Of a stretch of 64,000 nt of DNA, positions 42,401-48,964 are shown piece after piece. The first letter of the stretch is position 1, and each line of letters opens with the position of its first letter. The stretch is from an uncultured Planctomycetota bacterium (GTDB lineage: Bacteria; Planctomycetota; Planctomycetia; Isosphaerales; Isosphaeraceae): NCBI GenBank assembly GCA_963823665.1, contig CAWGMQ010000004.1:1504001-1568000 (forward strand), written 5' to 3'. The notes under the pieces were generated by a model, which saw only the letters and a list, made by a program, of their open reading frames with translations, did no database searches and was not told the origin of the DNA. The position numbers were made by a program, and so were the translations under genes.

Positions 42401-43493
42401 CAGCGGAGACAACGGCGGGGTCAATCCCGTCGGGTCGCCTGAGCTTCAGATCACAGGTACCGTTTTCGCCGACGCTAACGATGACGGTATCCAGGAAACC
42501 GGCGACACGGGCCTTGCCGGTGTGACCGTCACCTTGACCGGCACTGACGCTTACGGGAATTCCGTGTCGTATTCAACCACGACAAACAGCTCGGGTGTTT
42601 ACACCTTCGCTGGAATGCCCTTCAGCAACTCATCCGGCTACACGGTGACCCCGTCCGTCCCGACAGGCTATACCGCAGGAATTGCTACCGCCGGCAAGGT
42701 AAACGGCTCGTCCGATGGCTCCGCCAGTTCGAGTCCGGAGTCGGTCGGTAGCATCTCGATGTTGAATAACTCCCAAACAAACGGAGTCAATTACAACTTC
42801 GGCATGGTGAAACCCGTCGGCAGCATTTCGGGTGAGGTCTACAACGACGTCAATGGCGACGGCAAGCTCGAGAATGGCGACACTGGTCTCGCTGGTGTCA
42901 CCGTCACGCTTTACAACAGCAACGGTGTCGTGGCCTCCACCACGACAAACAGCTCCGGCATGTACAGCTTCTCGAATCTGGCACCAGGCACGTACAAGGT
43001 GGTCGAGACGATCCTCAACAACTACCTTGGCACGGGCAGCGATGTCGGGACGGTCGGCGGCACTGGCGACGGCACGTCCGTCAGCGCGACCACCATCGGC
43101 TCGATCGCTCTGAGTTCAGGCCAATCGGGAATCAACTACAACTTTGGTGAAGACCAGGCGAATTGCAACATCTCCGGCAAGGTGTTCTGCGACAATCAGA
43201 ACAACTGCAACAGCAACCAGGCCGGCCTCGGCGGTGTAACCGTCACGTGCTACAACAGCAGCGGTACTGCCGTCTGCTCCACGACGTCGAACAGCTCCGG
43301 CGGCTACAGCTTCACGAACCTCGCTCCCGGAACGTACTGTGTGGTGCAAACCGTGCTCGGCGGTTATAACGCCACCGGCTGCGATATTGGATCAGCCGGC
43401 GGCAACTCGCCCAGCAACTGCAAGATCGCCGGAATCGTTGCGAGCGGCGGTGGCTCCTGCACTGGCTACGACTTTGGACAGAGGAGGTCTTGA
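36414..43493 (+). CDS. Large surface adhesin: planctomycete N-motif, putative thioester domain, Ig-like repeat stalk, SdrD-B-like domains
   Basis: GAGGA SD; PSVEFVEPRVLMA; TYCSDL / LQVALW / GQSLM; ten 104-aa repeats; three G.V..D.N.DG....G..GVTVTL..TTTNSSG.Y.F domains. Confidence 0.88.
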   Translation: MKLQHRIGRSVARRSRKLQNTQPSVEFVEPRVLMATGFIQGYDLNNGVAINDATIQLENTNPVSYTTTTTNASGYFQFNNLAPGNYVVTPTAAGYISNSVKIQTTVNPANEVVNPDGSIGVDVTVENPASESVKVTNYEFSGGGSLYYQLNSTANNPASEDTITQANNAGAFDATLVDPTTGQADTSIVTYCSDLSNGLSVGQLFTVTPSLTPSLTPQTPGSPATTQPGLATNIGLIGYLYNTYGTTLSPGIPPADTDSPAPTASELACGLQVALWTLEYNQDVGSVTTTTTVSATDPFFVNTTTSSSEVIDAANAYLADAAQAAAHGNSQDLYFLDLDTKTEQNPDADSGQSLMSTDMLTFTSQPTASVSTAIYNAATNQAITGNQPLGTSVYDTAAVTTVTGAPTPSGTLTYYFYNTATPVYGTTTPVGTPQTVSLLPDGSVPNSLPTAPLGAGAESFIGVYNGDSHYAIAVGAVEPLSINKATITLNTTIYNAANNSVVTGALPLGSSVYDTASFTGAVAGFTPDITQVSYTFTSPSGTAGAGSGAQSSTEGPLGAGSYKFDASFAGDANYNLAVSGDEPLSISKATITLNTTIYNAANNSVVTGALPLGSSVYDTASFTGAVAGFTPDITQVSYTFTSPSGTAGAGSGAQSSTEGPLGAGSYKFDASFAGDANYNLAVSGDEPLSISKATITLNTTIYNAANNSVVTGALPLGSSVYDTASFTGGVAGFTPDITQVSYTFTSPSGTAGAGSGAQSSTEGPLGAGSYKFDASFAGDANYNLAVSGDEPLSISKATITLNTTIYNAANNSVVTGALPLGSSVYDTASFTGGVAGFTPDITQVSYTFTSPSGTAGAGSGAQSSTEGPLGAGSYKFDASFAGDANYNLAVSGDEPLSINKATITLNTTIYNAANNSVVTGALPLGSSVYDTASFTGGVAGFTPDITQVSYTFTSPTGTAAAGSGAQSSTEGPLGAGSYKFDASFAGDANYNLAVSGDEPLSINKATITLNTTIYNAANNSVVTGALPLGSSVYDTASFTGGVAGFTPDITQVSYTFTSPTGTAGAGSGAQSSTEGPLGAGSYKFDASFAGDANYNLAVSGDEPLSINKATITLNTTIYNAANNSVVTGALPLGSSVYDTASFTGAVAGFTPAISQVSYTFTSPTGTAGAGSGGQSTTEGPLGAGSYKFDASFAGDANYNLAVSGDEPLSINKATITLNTTIYNAANNSVVTGALPLGSSVYDTASFTGAVAGFTPAISQVSYTFTSPTGTAGAGSGGQSTTEGPLGAGSYKFDASFAGDANYNLAVSGDEPLSINKATITLNTTIYNAANNSVVTGALPLGSSVYDTASFTGAVAGFTPAISQVSYTFTSPTGTAGAGSGGQSTTEGPLGAGSYKFDASFAGDANYNLAVSGDEPLSINKATITLNTTIYNAANNSVVTGALPLGSSVYDTASFTGAVAGFTPAISQVSYTFTSPTGTAGAGSGGQSTTEGPLGAGSYKFDASFAGDANYNLAVSGDEPLTISQGVTGQGVASVNTTIYDSSGGAVTKALGEKVYDTATVTGTPFTPTGTVTYYFYNTASPVYGTTTPVGTPQKVTLGANASVPNSATTAGLTAGSYSFIAYYSGDSNYTGYAGAVEPLTINKGSSNVSTTILDCGGGAVTSALGEKVYDTATVTGTPFTPTGTVTYYFYNTASPVYGTTTPVGTPQKVTLNANGSVPNSATTAALGAGGYSFIGVYSGDSNYNGYQGAIEPLTIGKASPSITTSPNPTVFTIGTSCGPLTDSATISGGSNPGGTITFTLYAPGCNTPVDTETVNVTSGDGTYTTPKGYALPSNPTPGVYQWDATYNGDSNNNKAIDSGNAWEQVEVVSPCCNDVSNVSFSLTNNGKTTTVSDLSGNTQQGETVTANFTVPAGYYDQLTLVTYTAPEGWYNADDANLQVVSSVVTGFFGPGAHTLGPVTIPNSFYQIDFVCGSVITTLGPESTNPNNFYHAQNRFISGDNGGVNPVGSPELQITGTVFADANDDGIQETGDTGLAGVTVTLTGTDAYGNSVSYSTTTNSSGVYTFAGMPFSNSSGYTVTPSVPTGYTAGIATAGKVNGSSDGSASSSPESVGSISMLNNSQTNGVNYNFGMVKPVGSISGEVYNDVNGDGKLENGDTGLAGVTVTLYNSNGVVASTTTNSSGMYSFSNLAPGTYKVVETILNNYLGTGSDVGTVGGTGDGTSVSATTIGSIALSSGQSGINYNFGEDQANCNISGKVFCDNQNNCNSNQAGLGGVTVTCYNSSGTAVCSTTSNSSGGYSFTNLAPGTYCVVQTVLGGYNATGCDIGSAGGNSPSNCKIAGIVASGGGSCTGYDFGQRRS
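37857..40976 (+). repeat. Ten near-identical 312-bp intragenic tandem repeats (104-aa Ig-like domain)
   Basis: Units start at 37857, 38169, 38481, 38793, 39105, 39417, 39729, 40041, 40353 and 40665. Confidence 0.95.
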
Positions 43494-43560
43494 GCGAGTC
43501 TATCCCGACCGCCGCGAGCCAACGTTTCGACCGAGTACCCCAGCCGCCAATTAACGGGTA

Positions 43561-43712
43561 GCGGGATAGCAAAGTCAGTCTCGGAGTCCGCAACCGAGGG
43601 CAAGGGAAACCTTGCCCTTGGTCAAGTCGAATCGCTGCGGGATAGCAAAGTCAGTCTCGGAGTCCGCAACCAAGGGCAAGGGAAACCTTGCCCTTGGTCA
43701 TTTCGAATCGCT
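43561..43712. repeat. Two tandem 76-bp units, each with a 13-bp GAAA-tetraloop hairpin, between convergent genes
   Basis: Units at 43561 and 43637; ACC(G/A)AGGGCAAGG-GAAA-CCTTGCCCTTGGT at 43593-43622 and 43669-43698. Confidence 0.85.
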
Positions 43713-43848
43713 GCTGAGCAGCCGGAGTCAAGGCAAACGGAACCACTGTCCAATTCTTGGCGTGCTGGGGCAGCCGCCTTCGGCGGTCATTTCCATACGC
43801 AGCCGAGGGCGGCCGTGCCTCAATAAAACTCGAATGACCGATGGGCAT

Positions 43849-45483
43849 TCAGGCCCAGAGTGACCATGCCCCAGTAGCCAGCACCGCGATGGCGATCAGA
43901 CCGTTCGTCACCGCGTGCGCCATCACAGCATCGGTCAGCTCGCCGCGTCGGCGATACGCCAGCGCATAAGCCATCCCCGCAAGCGTCCCGGCGAACCAGC
44001 GTCCATGAAGCAAGCCGAAGAGGGCTGAAGAGACGAGGAAAGAAATCCATGTCAGCCTGCCGGGCGCGACCGCTCGAAAGTCCGAAGAGATCAGCCGGCG
44101 CGTCAGGTAGCCCCGGAATGCCAGTTCCTCCGCCAATGGCACCATGATCACCGATCCGATCACCCGGAAGATCACCCAGGTGATTGCCGAAGCCTGCGGA
44201 ATCGATGAAATGCCCGGCTGGAGCGGGCTTTCGCTAGTCGCCGGCGTGGCCTTTGGTTCCAGGACCATCCAGAAGGCGAACACCGCGCACCCGATCGCAA
44301 CGGCCTCCCACGACAGGGTCAGACGCAACTCGGTGTAGTGTTTGCGATAAACCGCAAATGCGATCGCGACCAAGACAACGCGCAGAAAGTAATAGCGATC
44401 CAGCCCCGGCGAGAGCGTCGCGGTAACCATCGAAGTGGCGATCAGGGTCATCGCCGGGACGAGGTAAGCGGCGTCGAAAGCGGGGCCCTCTATCGTGGGC
44501 TCGGCCGATGACTTGCTGAATAAAGGCATCCGCACTGCGCTGGCGATCAATCCCAGGCCGATAAAGAGGAATAGAACCCAGCCCGCCAGCGAGTGGAACC
44601 CACCAAGTGCAAGGTCGGGATAGCCCCACGTTCCCAGAGCCACGAGCGCCGTGATGCGAACCGCGTTGGCCACCCACGCCAGGCCAATCGCCAGCGGCAA
44701 GAGCGCGAATGCTCTCGGAAATCGAAAGTTACGACGCAGAGCCCACAAGCCGGCAACGATCAAGCCGCCCATGAGTCCCATGCCTTCGTACCCGGAACAC
44801 GCAGGCGCAATCTCGACATGGAACGTCAAGGTGCCGATCGAGTTTGTCTTCGGTTCACAGACGACGTCGGCAAAGATCATGCTCAACATCCCGTGCACGA
44901 CTTGCAACGTCGCCTTCGAGAGCAGCCTCCACTGATCGGTCGCCAGCATACTCGCCCAGTAAGCGGCCAACCCGAGCACCGACCCGGCGAATATGCTTCC
45001 TCGGCTCTGTTTGACAAGTCCGATCCACAGATCCGCCGGCAGCACGGCGATGGCCCAGAACACCAGGGTTGCCGTTCCGCTGGCGAGCCAGGCCGCGAAG
45101 ACTGCCCAGTCGAAGAAGGAAGCTGGCCCGGCACGCTCAAGAACAGGACCGCTTGTCCTGAAGAAACAAAGGAAAGCCGCCAGATTACCGAGCATCAAGA
45201 GAAAAAGGTGCGAAGAACGCTCGCGGCGTGGTGACCCTCGCGTCAATTCCCGGTACCACGTGGGGCCAGCAACCAGCAAAATCGCGAGCGCAACCACGAA
45301 CCCCGCCCGCGAGAGCTCTCCGGCGTGGCGCACAAGCCCGTGCCACGGGCGCGCCGCGGGAATGGGCCCTGCGTCGTACCGCAAGCTGATCGCCATGAAT
45401 TCCCCAACCAGCAGCGCGGCAAGGACAGCCCAGCGCCGGTAGGGAAGCGTCGGACGCGTGCTGGAGTCCGAATTCTCGTTCAT
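43849..45483 (-). CDS. xrtE: Exosortase E / CAAX (Abi/Rce1-like) protease fusion, VPEID-CTERM system
   Basis: Exosortase Cys-Arg-His motifs VEIAPACSG, ANAVRI, FHSLAGW; C-terminal EELAFRG...FGLLH...HAVTN protease motifs; adjacent VPEMD-CTERM gene. Confidence 0.88.
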   Translation of the reverse strand: MNENSDSSTRPTLPYRRWAVLAALLVGEFMAISLRYDAGPIPAARPWHGLVRHAGELSRAGFVVALAILLVAGPTWYRELTRGSPRRERSSHLFLLMLGNLAAFLCFFRTSGPVLERAGPASFFDWAVFAAWLASGTATLVFWAIAVLPADLWIGLVKQSRGSIFAGSVLGLAAYWASMLATDQWRLLSKATLQVVHGMLSMIFADVVCEPKTNSIGTLTFHVEIAPACSGYEGMGLMGGLIVAGLWALRRNFRFPRAFALLPLAIGLAWVANAVRITALVALGTWGYPDLALGGFHSLAGWVLFLFIGLGLIASAVRMPLFSKSSAEPTIEGPAFDAAYLVPAMTLIATSMVTATLSPGLDRYYFLRVVLVAIAFAVYRKHYTELRLTLSWEAVAIGCAVFAFWMVLEPKATPATSESPLQPGISSIPQASAITWVIFRVIGSVIMVPLAEELAFRGYLTRRLISSDFRAVAPGRLTWISFLVSSALFGLLHGRWFAGTLAGMAYALAYRRRGELTDAVMAHAVTNGLIAIAVLATGAWSLWA

Positions 45484-45497
45484 GTGTAGATGTGGTG

Positions 45498-45548
45498 AAA
45501 AACCCTACCTGATGGCGCATTGCGATCAGCGCATGCCATCAGGTAGGG
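45498..45548 (-). terminator. Intrinsic terminator between the VPEMD-CTERM gene and xrtE
   Basis: 14-bp stem CCCTACCTGATGGC / GCCATCAGGTAGGG followed by TTTTT on the minus strand. Confidence 0.7.
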
Positions 45549-45604
45549 GCAAAGAGTGATCCCGCGAAGGACCGTGAATCGGACCGGAGAGGGCGGGGGG
45601 GTAC

Positions 45605-45796
45605 TTACTTGCTTCGGCGCCGACCAGCAATGAGCAGCAAACCGCTCGAGAGCAGGGCCAAAGCACCCGTCGCCAGGCCAGGATCCATTTCCGGAACAAG
45701 TACCGCGTGGGCCGGAGCCGAGAATGCGCTCAGAATCAGCGCAAAGCCGACGCTCCACGAAACCACCGAGAGCACCTTTCGAGCACCAGACTTCAT
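45605..45796 (-). CDS. 63-aa VPEID-CTERM-type (VPEMD) exosortase substrate: signal peptide plus sorting signal only
   Basis: MKSGARKVLSVVSWSVGFALILSAFSAPAHA-VL-VPEMDPG-LATGALALLSSGLLLIAG-RRRSK; strong SD AGGAGG at 45805-45810. Confidence 0.85.
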   Translation of the reverse strand: MKSGARKVLSVVSWSVGFALILSAFSAPAHAVLVPEMDPGLATGALALLSSGLLLIAGRRRSK

Positions 45797-46019
45797 AGTC
45801 GCAACCTCCTCAGTAAGTGAACTGAACCGCAGCAAAACGCCGCGCACACACACGTACGGAAAACCCGTGCGAACATACTTTATCGCGTTGGTCTTATCAC
45901 GGTCAAGCTTCCGACACAAATGCGAACCGCGTGTGGTAAAACGGAAACAGTCGTCGCGAAGAATCCACGTTTGTATTCCTAAGTTCAATGCCCAGTTGAT
46001 GCTCGGGCTCGAGCGCCGT

Positions 46020-47972
46020 TCAGGGGTGCGCCGTCGCGCGAGGAGACGACGACTGGGGTGCGGTCGATTCGCTGGCGACGACTCTCCGACCCTCGCCGGA
46101 AACGGGTGGAACAGGCTTCGGGACGCCCACATTCGAAAGACGGACGGTCTCAGGTCGAGCGCCCGCTTCGATCTGATCCGCTGCACGGCCGCACGCGTCG
46201 ATCCTCCGGCTTCGCTCGCTGTGGTCGTAGCGCAGCCTTCCCACCAGGCTGTAGAAGCCGTGGCCCCACCGCGCGGCGTGTGCCCAGGTTTCTCGTCCCA
46301 GATCGAATTTCGCCGCGCAACGTGACGGATCGATGACGCGAGTTGGCGAATCGACAGGCCACCCAAACACTCGCCGCCTCCGGAGCGCATTCATCACCGC
46401 TTGCGCCAGTGCGATCTGGCCCCGAAGCGACGGATGCATCGCATCCTGGAACAGCTCGTCGTCGAGCAAGCCGTTTCGGCCGATTGCGTGGAAGTAAGAC
46501 TGACCGTCGATATAGATGCAGTCGTGCCGCGCCGCCACCTCGCGATATACCTCCTGGAAAGCGCTCGGGCAGCGCATCGGATATCCGTCCAGATCTCGGG
46601 CAGAAATGTAATGGCGGTACGATTCCTCCCACTCGCCGGCTTTCCGTAAGAGCGTTGCCACGCGGTAATGCGTCTCTGCGAAGCCCGGTTCGCGCGCCAG
46701 CAGCTCGCGGTATTTTGCCAAGCTCGCTCCGGAATCAACGTCCTCGAGCCGTCGCGCTTCCAGAAATGCTTGACGAAATGAATCGCGTTCCTCGAGCGGC
46801 GTCCCTGCCGGCAGATACGATCGGTTCGGCTCGAAATCCGCATCATTTCCCGGAGGCGCGATCAGGATTGGCAATGCCCCCACGTTGTTTGCGTAGGAAA
46901 CAATCTCTTCGAGTCTGCGCCGAAAATCCCCCAGTATTTGCGAGTACTCATTCACTGCGAAGACCGGCACGTCAACCAGGCTACGCTCGAGTAGTGGCGG
47001 CGGCAAGGCGATCCGGCAGCGATCGGCCGAACGACGGATCAGCCCGCAGATCGGTGAGAGACGCTCCGCTTTTTCGACAAGCTCAATCCATGCGCTCGGC
47101 TGCTGATCGAGGAAGTAGTGCGGTAGATCGGCAACGGCGAAGAACCTCGAGGAAAACTCATTGTGCCCGCAGTAAATGATCAAGATGTCCGGCCGTCTTT
47201 TCAGCCCGGCCAGTGCGAGGTGCTGATTCTCCAGGGTGTCACCCGAACGCGCCAGAGTGGTGAGGCGCACGTCCAGGCCGTTGATCGCTTCCTCGAGCTG
47301 CCATTTGACAATCGCGCCGATCGAGAGCCACCGTTGAAACGGCACTCCCTCCGCACTCGACTCCCCCAGCACGACCAGGTCGATTTCCCCGCTCCCGGTT
47401 TGATCGGGGAACGCATCGCGTAGTCCGGCCGGCTCGCGCGGCGCAGGCAATCGCCGCGCCGCGCTCGCCTGCGGAACACCGGGGTCGGCTGCTCCCGGTA
47501 GAACCGGGCGGCGCGAGCCTTGTTTCTCGCGAACAAGCACAAGTGCTTCGCCCGCAAAGAGCGCGGCCAGAAGCGACGCCGCGCAGAGCAGCCAGCGCAA
47601 GGCGCGTCCCGGCGATCGGCCGCGACGTCTAGCGGCCAAGCAAACGAACGAAAGCGCGGGCACGGCGAACACGCTCAAGATCAGGGTCACGCCATACGCG
47701 ACCTCGATGCCAGTCAAGAAGGCGAGCTCGCTCCGCCAGACTACCCAGAGCGGAATGTCTCGTACTATCCGGAACCAGTCGAGAAAAAAAAGCGGCAGCA
47801 CTAGCGCAAGGATGATAGCAATCAACTTGAGCGCTCCGCGCCCAACCCGCGCGCGCAGCCGGATCAACCCTCGCATCGCACTGGCCTCGAAGAGCCCGAT
47901 TTTTTCCGGATCGAGTTCAATCGACCCGCCATCCGCGAGGATACATCGACGAACAAGAGCGGGGCGAGGCAC
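46020..47972 (-). CDS. Membrane-anchored SGNH/GDSL hydrolase-like protein with TPR insert
   Basis: N-terminal TMs; VVLGESS (block I), YCGHNE (block III), DAMHP (block V); TPR-like FAETHYR.A..L...GEW. Alternative start 47876. Confidence 0.75.
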   Translation of the reverse strand: MPRPALVRRCILADGGSIELDPEKIGLFEASAMRGLIRLRARVGRGALKLIAIILALVLPLFFLDWFRIVRDIPLWVVWRSELAFLTGIEVAYGVTLILSVFAVPALSFVCLAARRRGRSPGRALRWLLCAASLLAALFAGEALVLVREKQGSRRPVLPGAADPGVPQASAARRLPAPREPAGLRDAFPDQTGSGEIDLVVLGESSAEGVPFQRWLSIGAIVKWQLEEAINGLDVRLTTLARSGDTLENQHLALAGLKRRPDILIIYCGHNEFSSRFFAVADLPHYFLDQQPSAWIELVEKAERLSPICGLIRRSADRCRIALPPPLLERSLVDVPVFAVNEYSQILGDFRRRLEEIVSYANNVGALPILIAPPGNDADFEPNRSYLPAGTPLEERDSFRQAFLEARRLEDVDSGASLAKYRELLAREPGFAETHYRVATLLRKAGEWEESYRHYISARDLDGYPMRCPSAFQEVYREVAARHDCIYIDGQSYFHAIGRNGLLDDELFQDAMHPSLRGQIALAQAVMNALRRRRVFGWPVDSPTRVIDPSRCAAKFDLGRETWAHAARWGHGFYSLVGRLRYDHSERSRRIDACGRAADQIEAGARPETVRLSNVGVPKPVPPVSGEGRRVVASESTAPQSSSPRATAHP

Positions 47973-48078
47973 CGGCCTCCGGAAAGTCCGCTCCTGGCCC
48001 GAGAACGTTCTATGGTAACTAGGATGGCGCAGGTCTTTCGTTTCATGTCCGTTCCCAGAACCATGAGGATGTCCACGA

Positions 48079-48447
48079 GTGTCTCATCCCCGCGAACGTA
48101 GGGACTCGCCTCGGTGCAGTGTAGTGGAAAACCAATCCCGGCTTGAGTTTGCGGTGCCAGAGGGCAGGCGCAGAGTTGACGCCAGATTGGTCAACATCAG
48201 TCGAGGCGGCGCGTTGCTCGTCACCGGGAATCCTCCGGCGTGTCAGGCACCCGTGTGGATTCGCATCGAAAGTCCCGTAAAAACCGATTGGACCGAAGCG
48301 ACGACGGTGCGCCACGGCCGGAACGAGGAAGTTGGCGTCCAGTTTCCGCGGGGCTGTCCCGATGACCTGCTTCTGGCGGGTACGATCGGCATCGACCTGG
48401 TTTCCATGGTCGTCGATCCGGCACGACTGGCGTCAAATTTCGATTGA
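48079..48447 (+). CDS. PilZ domain protein (c-di-GMP receptor)
   Basis: RRDSPR (RxxxR) and NISRGG ((D/N)xSxxG); GVQF end motif. Confidence 0.82.
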   Translation: MSHPRERRDSPRCSVVENQSRLEFAVPEGRRRVDARLVNISRGGALLVTGNPPACQAPVWIRIESPVKTDWTEATTVRHGRNEEVGVQFPRGCPDDLLLAGTIGIDLVSMVVDPARLASNFD

Positions 48448-48596
48448 GCGACGGGGCACTGATTCGCGGCAACGGAGAGCGCACGCGGTCTCGTCCGGTA
48501 CATCACCGGCTCCGGGGCACGGTGTGGGTTCTCCGGCATCGGTGCCTCGCGAGCACAAATCGAAGCGTGGGCTATCTTTGCAGCAGAAAAACAAAA

Positions 48597-48669
48597 TGCG
48601 CCAGGTAGGATTCGAACCTACAACCTTCGGATTCGAAGTCCGCGACTCTATCCGTTGAGCTACTGGCGC
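48597..48669 (-). tRNA. tRNA-Arg (anticodon TCG), CCA not encoded
   Basis: GCGCCAG TA GCTC AACGGATA GAGT C GCGGA CT TCG AA TCCGA AGGTT GTAGG TTCGAAT CCTAC CTGGCGC A folds into a cloverleaf. Confidence 0.93.
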
Positions 48670-48764
48670 AGAAGGCCGATGGCAAATCGATTGGACCCAA
48701 TCAAACGCGGCGTGGTCCAGCCGTCGCCGCGTTCAACCTCGGGTCCGCTGTGCTGTAGAATACT

Positions 48765-48792
48765 ACTATAACGCCCGGGGAAGGCTGGGCAA
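48765..48792 (-). promoter_or_regulatory. Putative sigma-70 promoter for tRNA-Arg
   Basis: TTGCCC-16 nt-TATAGT on the minus strand, about 95 bp upstream of the tRNA. Confidence 0.4.
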
Positions 48793-48964
48793 GCCCCGGA
48801 GTGCATTGGCTTACCCAGCCGATCCGAGCTCGGAAACGGTCCGTGTTCATTGCTTGACGCTGTGGTCCCCGAATCGCTAGTGTGAACTGTTTCGATCGGC
48901 CAGAATGGTTGACGCGCAACCCGCTCGGCCTATTTGCTCCCCACGACGCTTCCCCGGAGTCTCC

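Noticed and set aside
43561..43712. Hairpin repeats as a mini-CRISPR
   Set aside because: The sequence between hairpins is duplicated too (no unique spacer), and there are only two units.
45504..45519. CCTACCTGATGGCGCA resembling the tRNA-Arg 3' end (possible att site / island boundary)
   Set aside because: Gapped short match in the opposite orientation, explained as a terminator arm; no integrase in the window.
45605..46390. 261-aa ORF as listed in the ORF track
   Set aside because: Its upstream part overlaps the SGNH gene out of frame; the strong SD and signal peptide place the real start at 45796.
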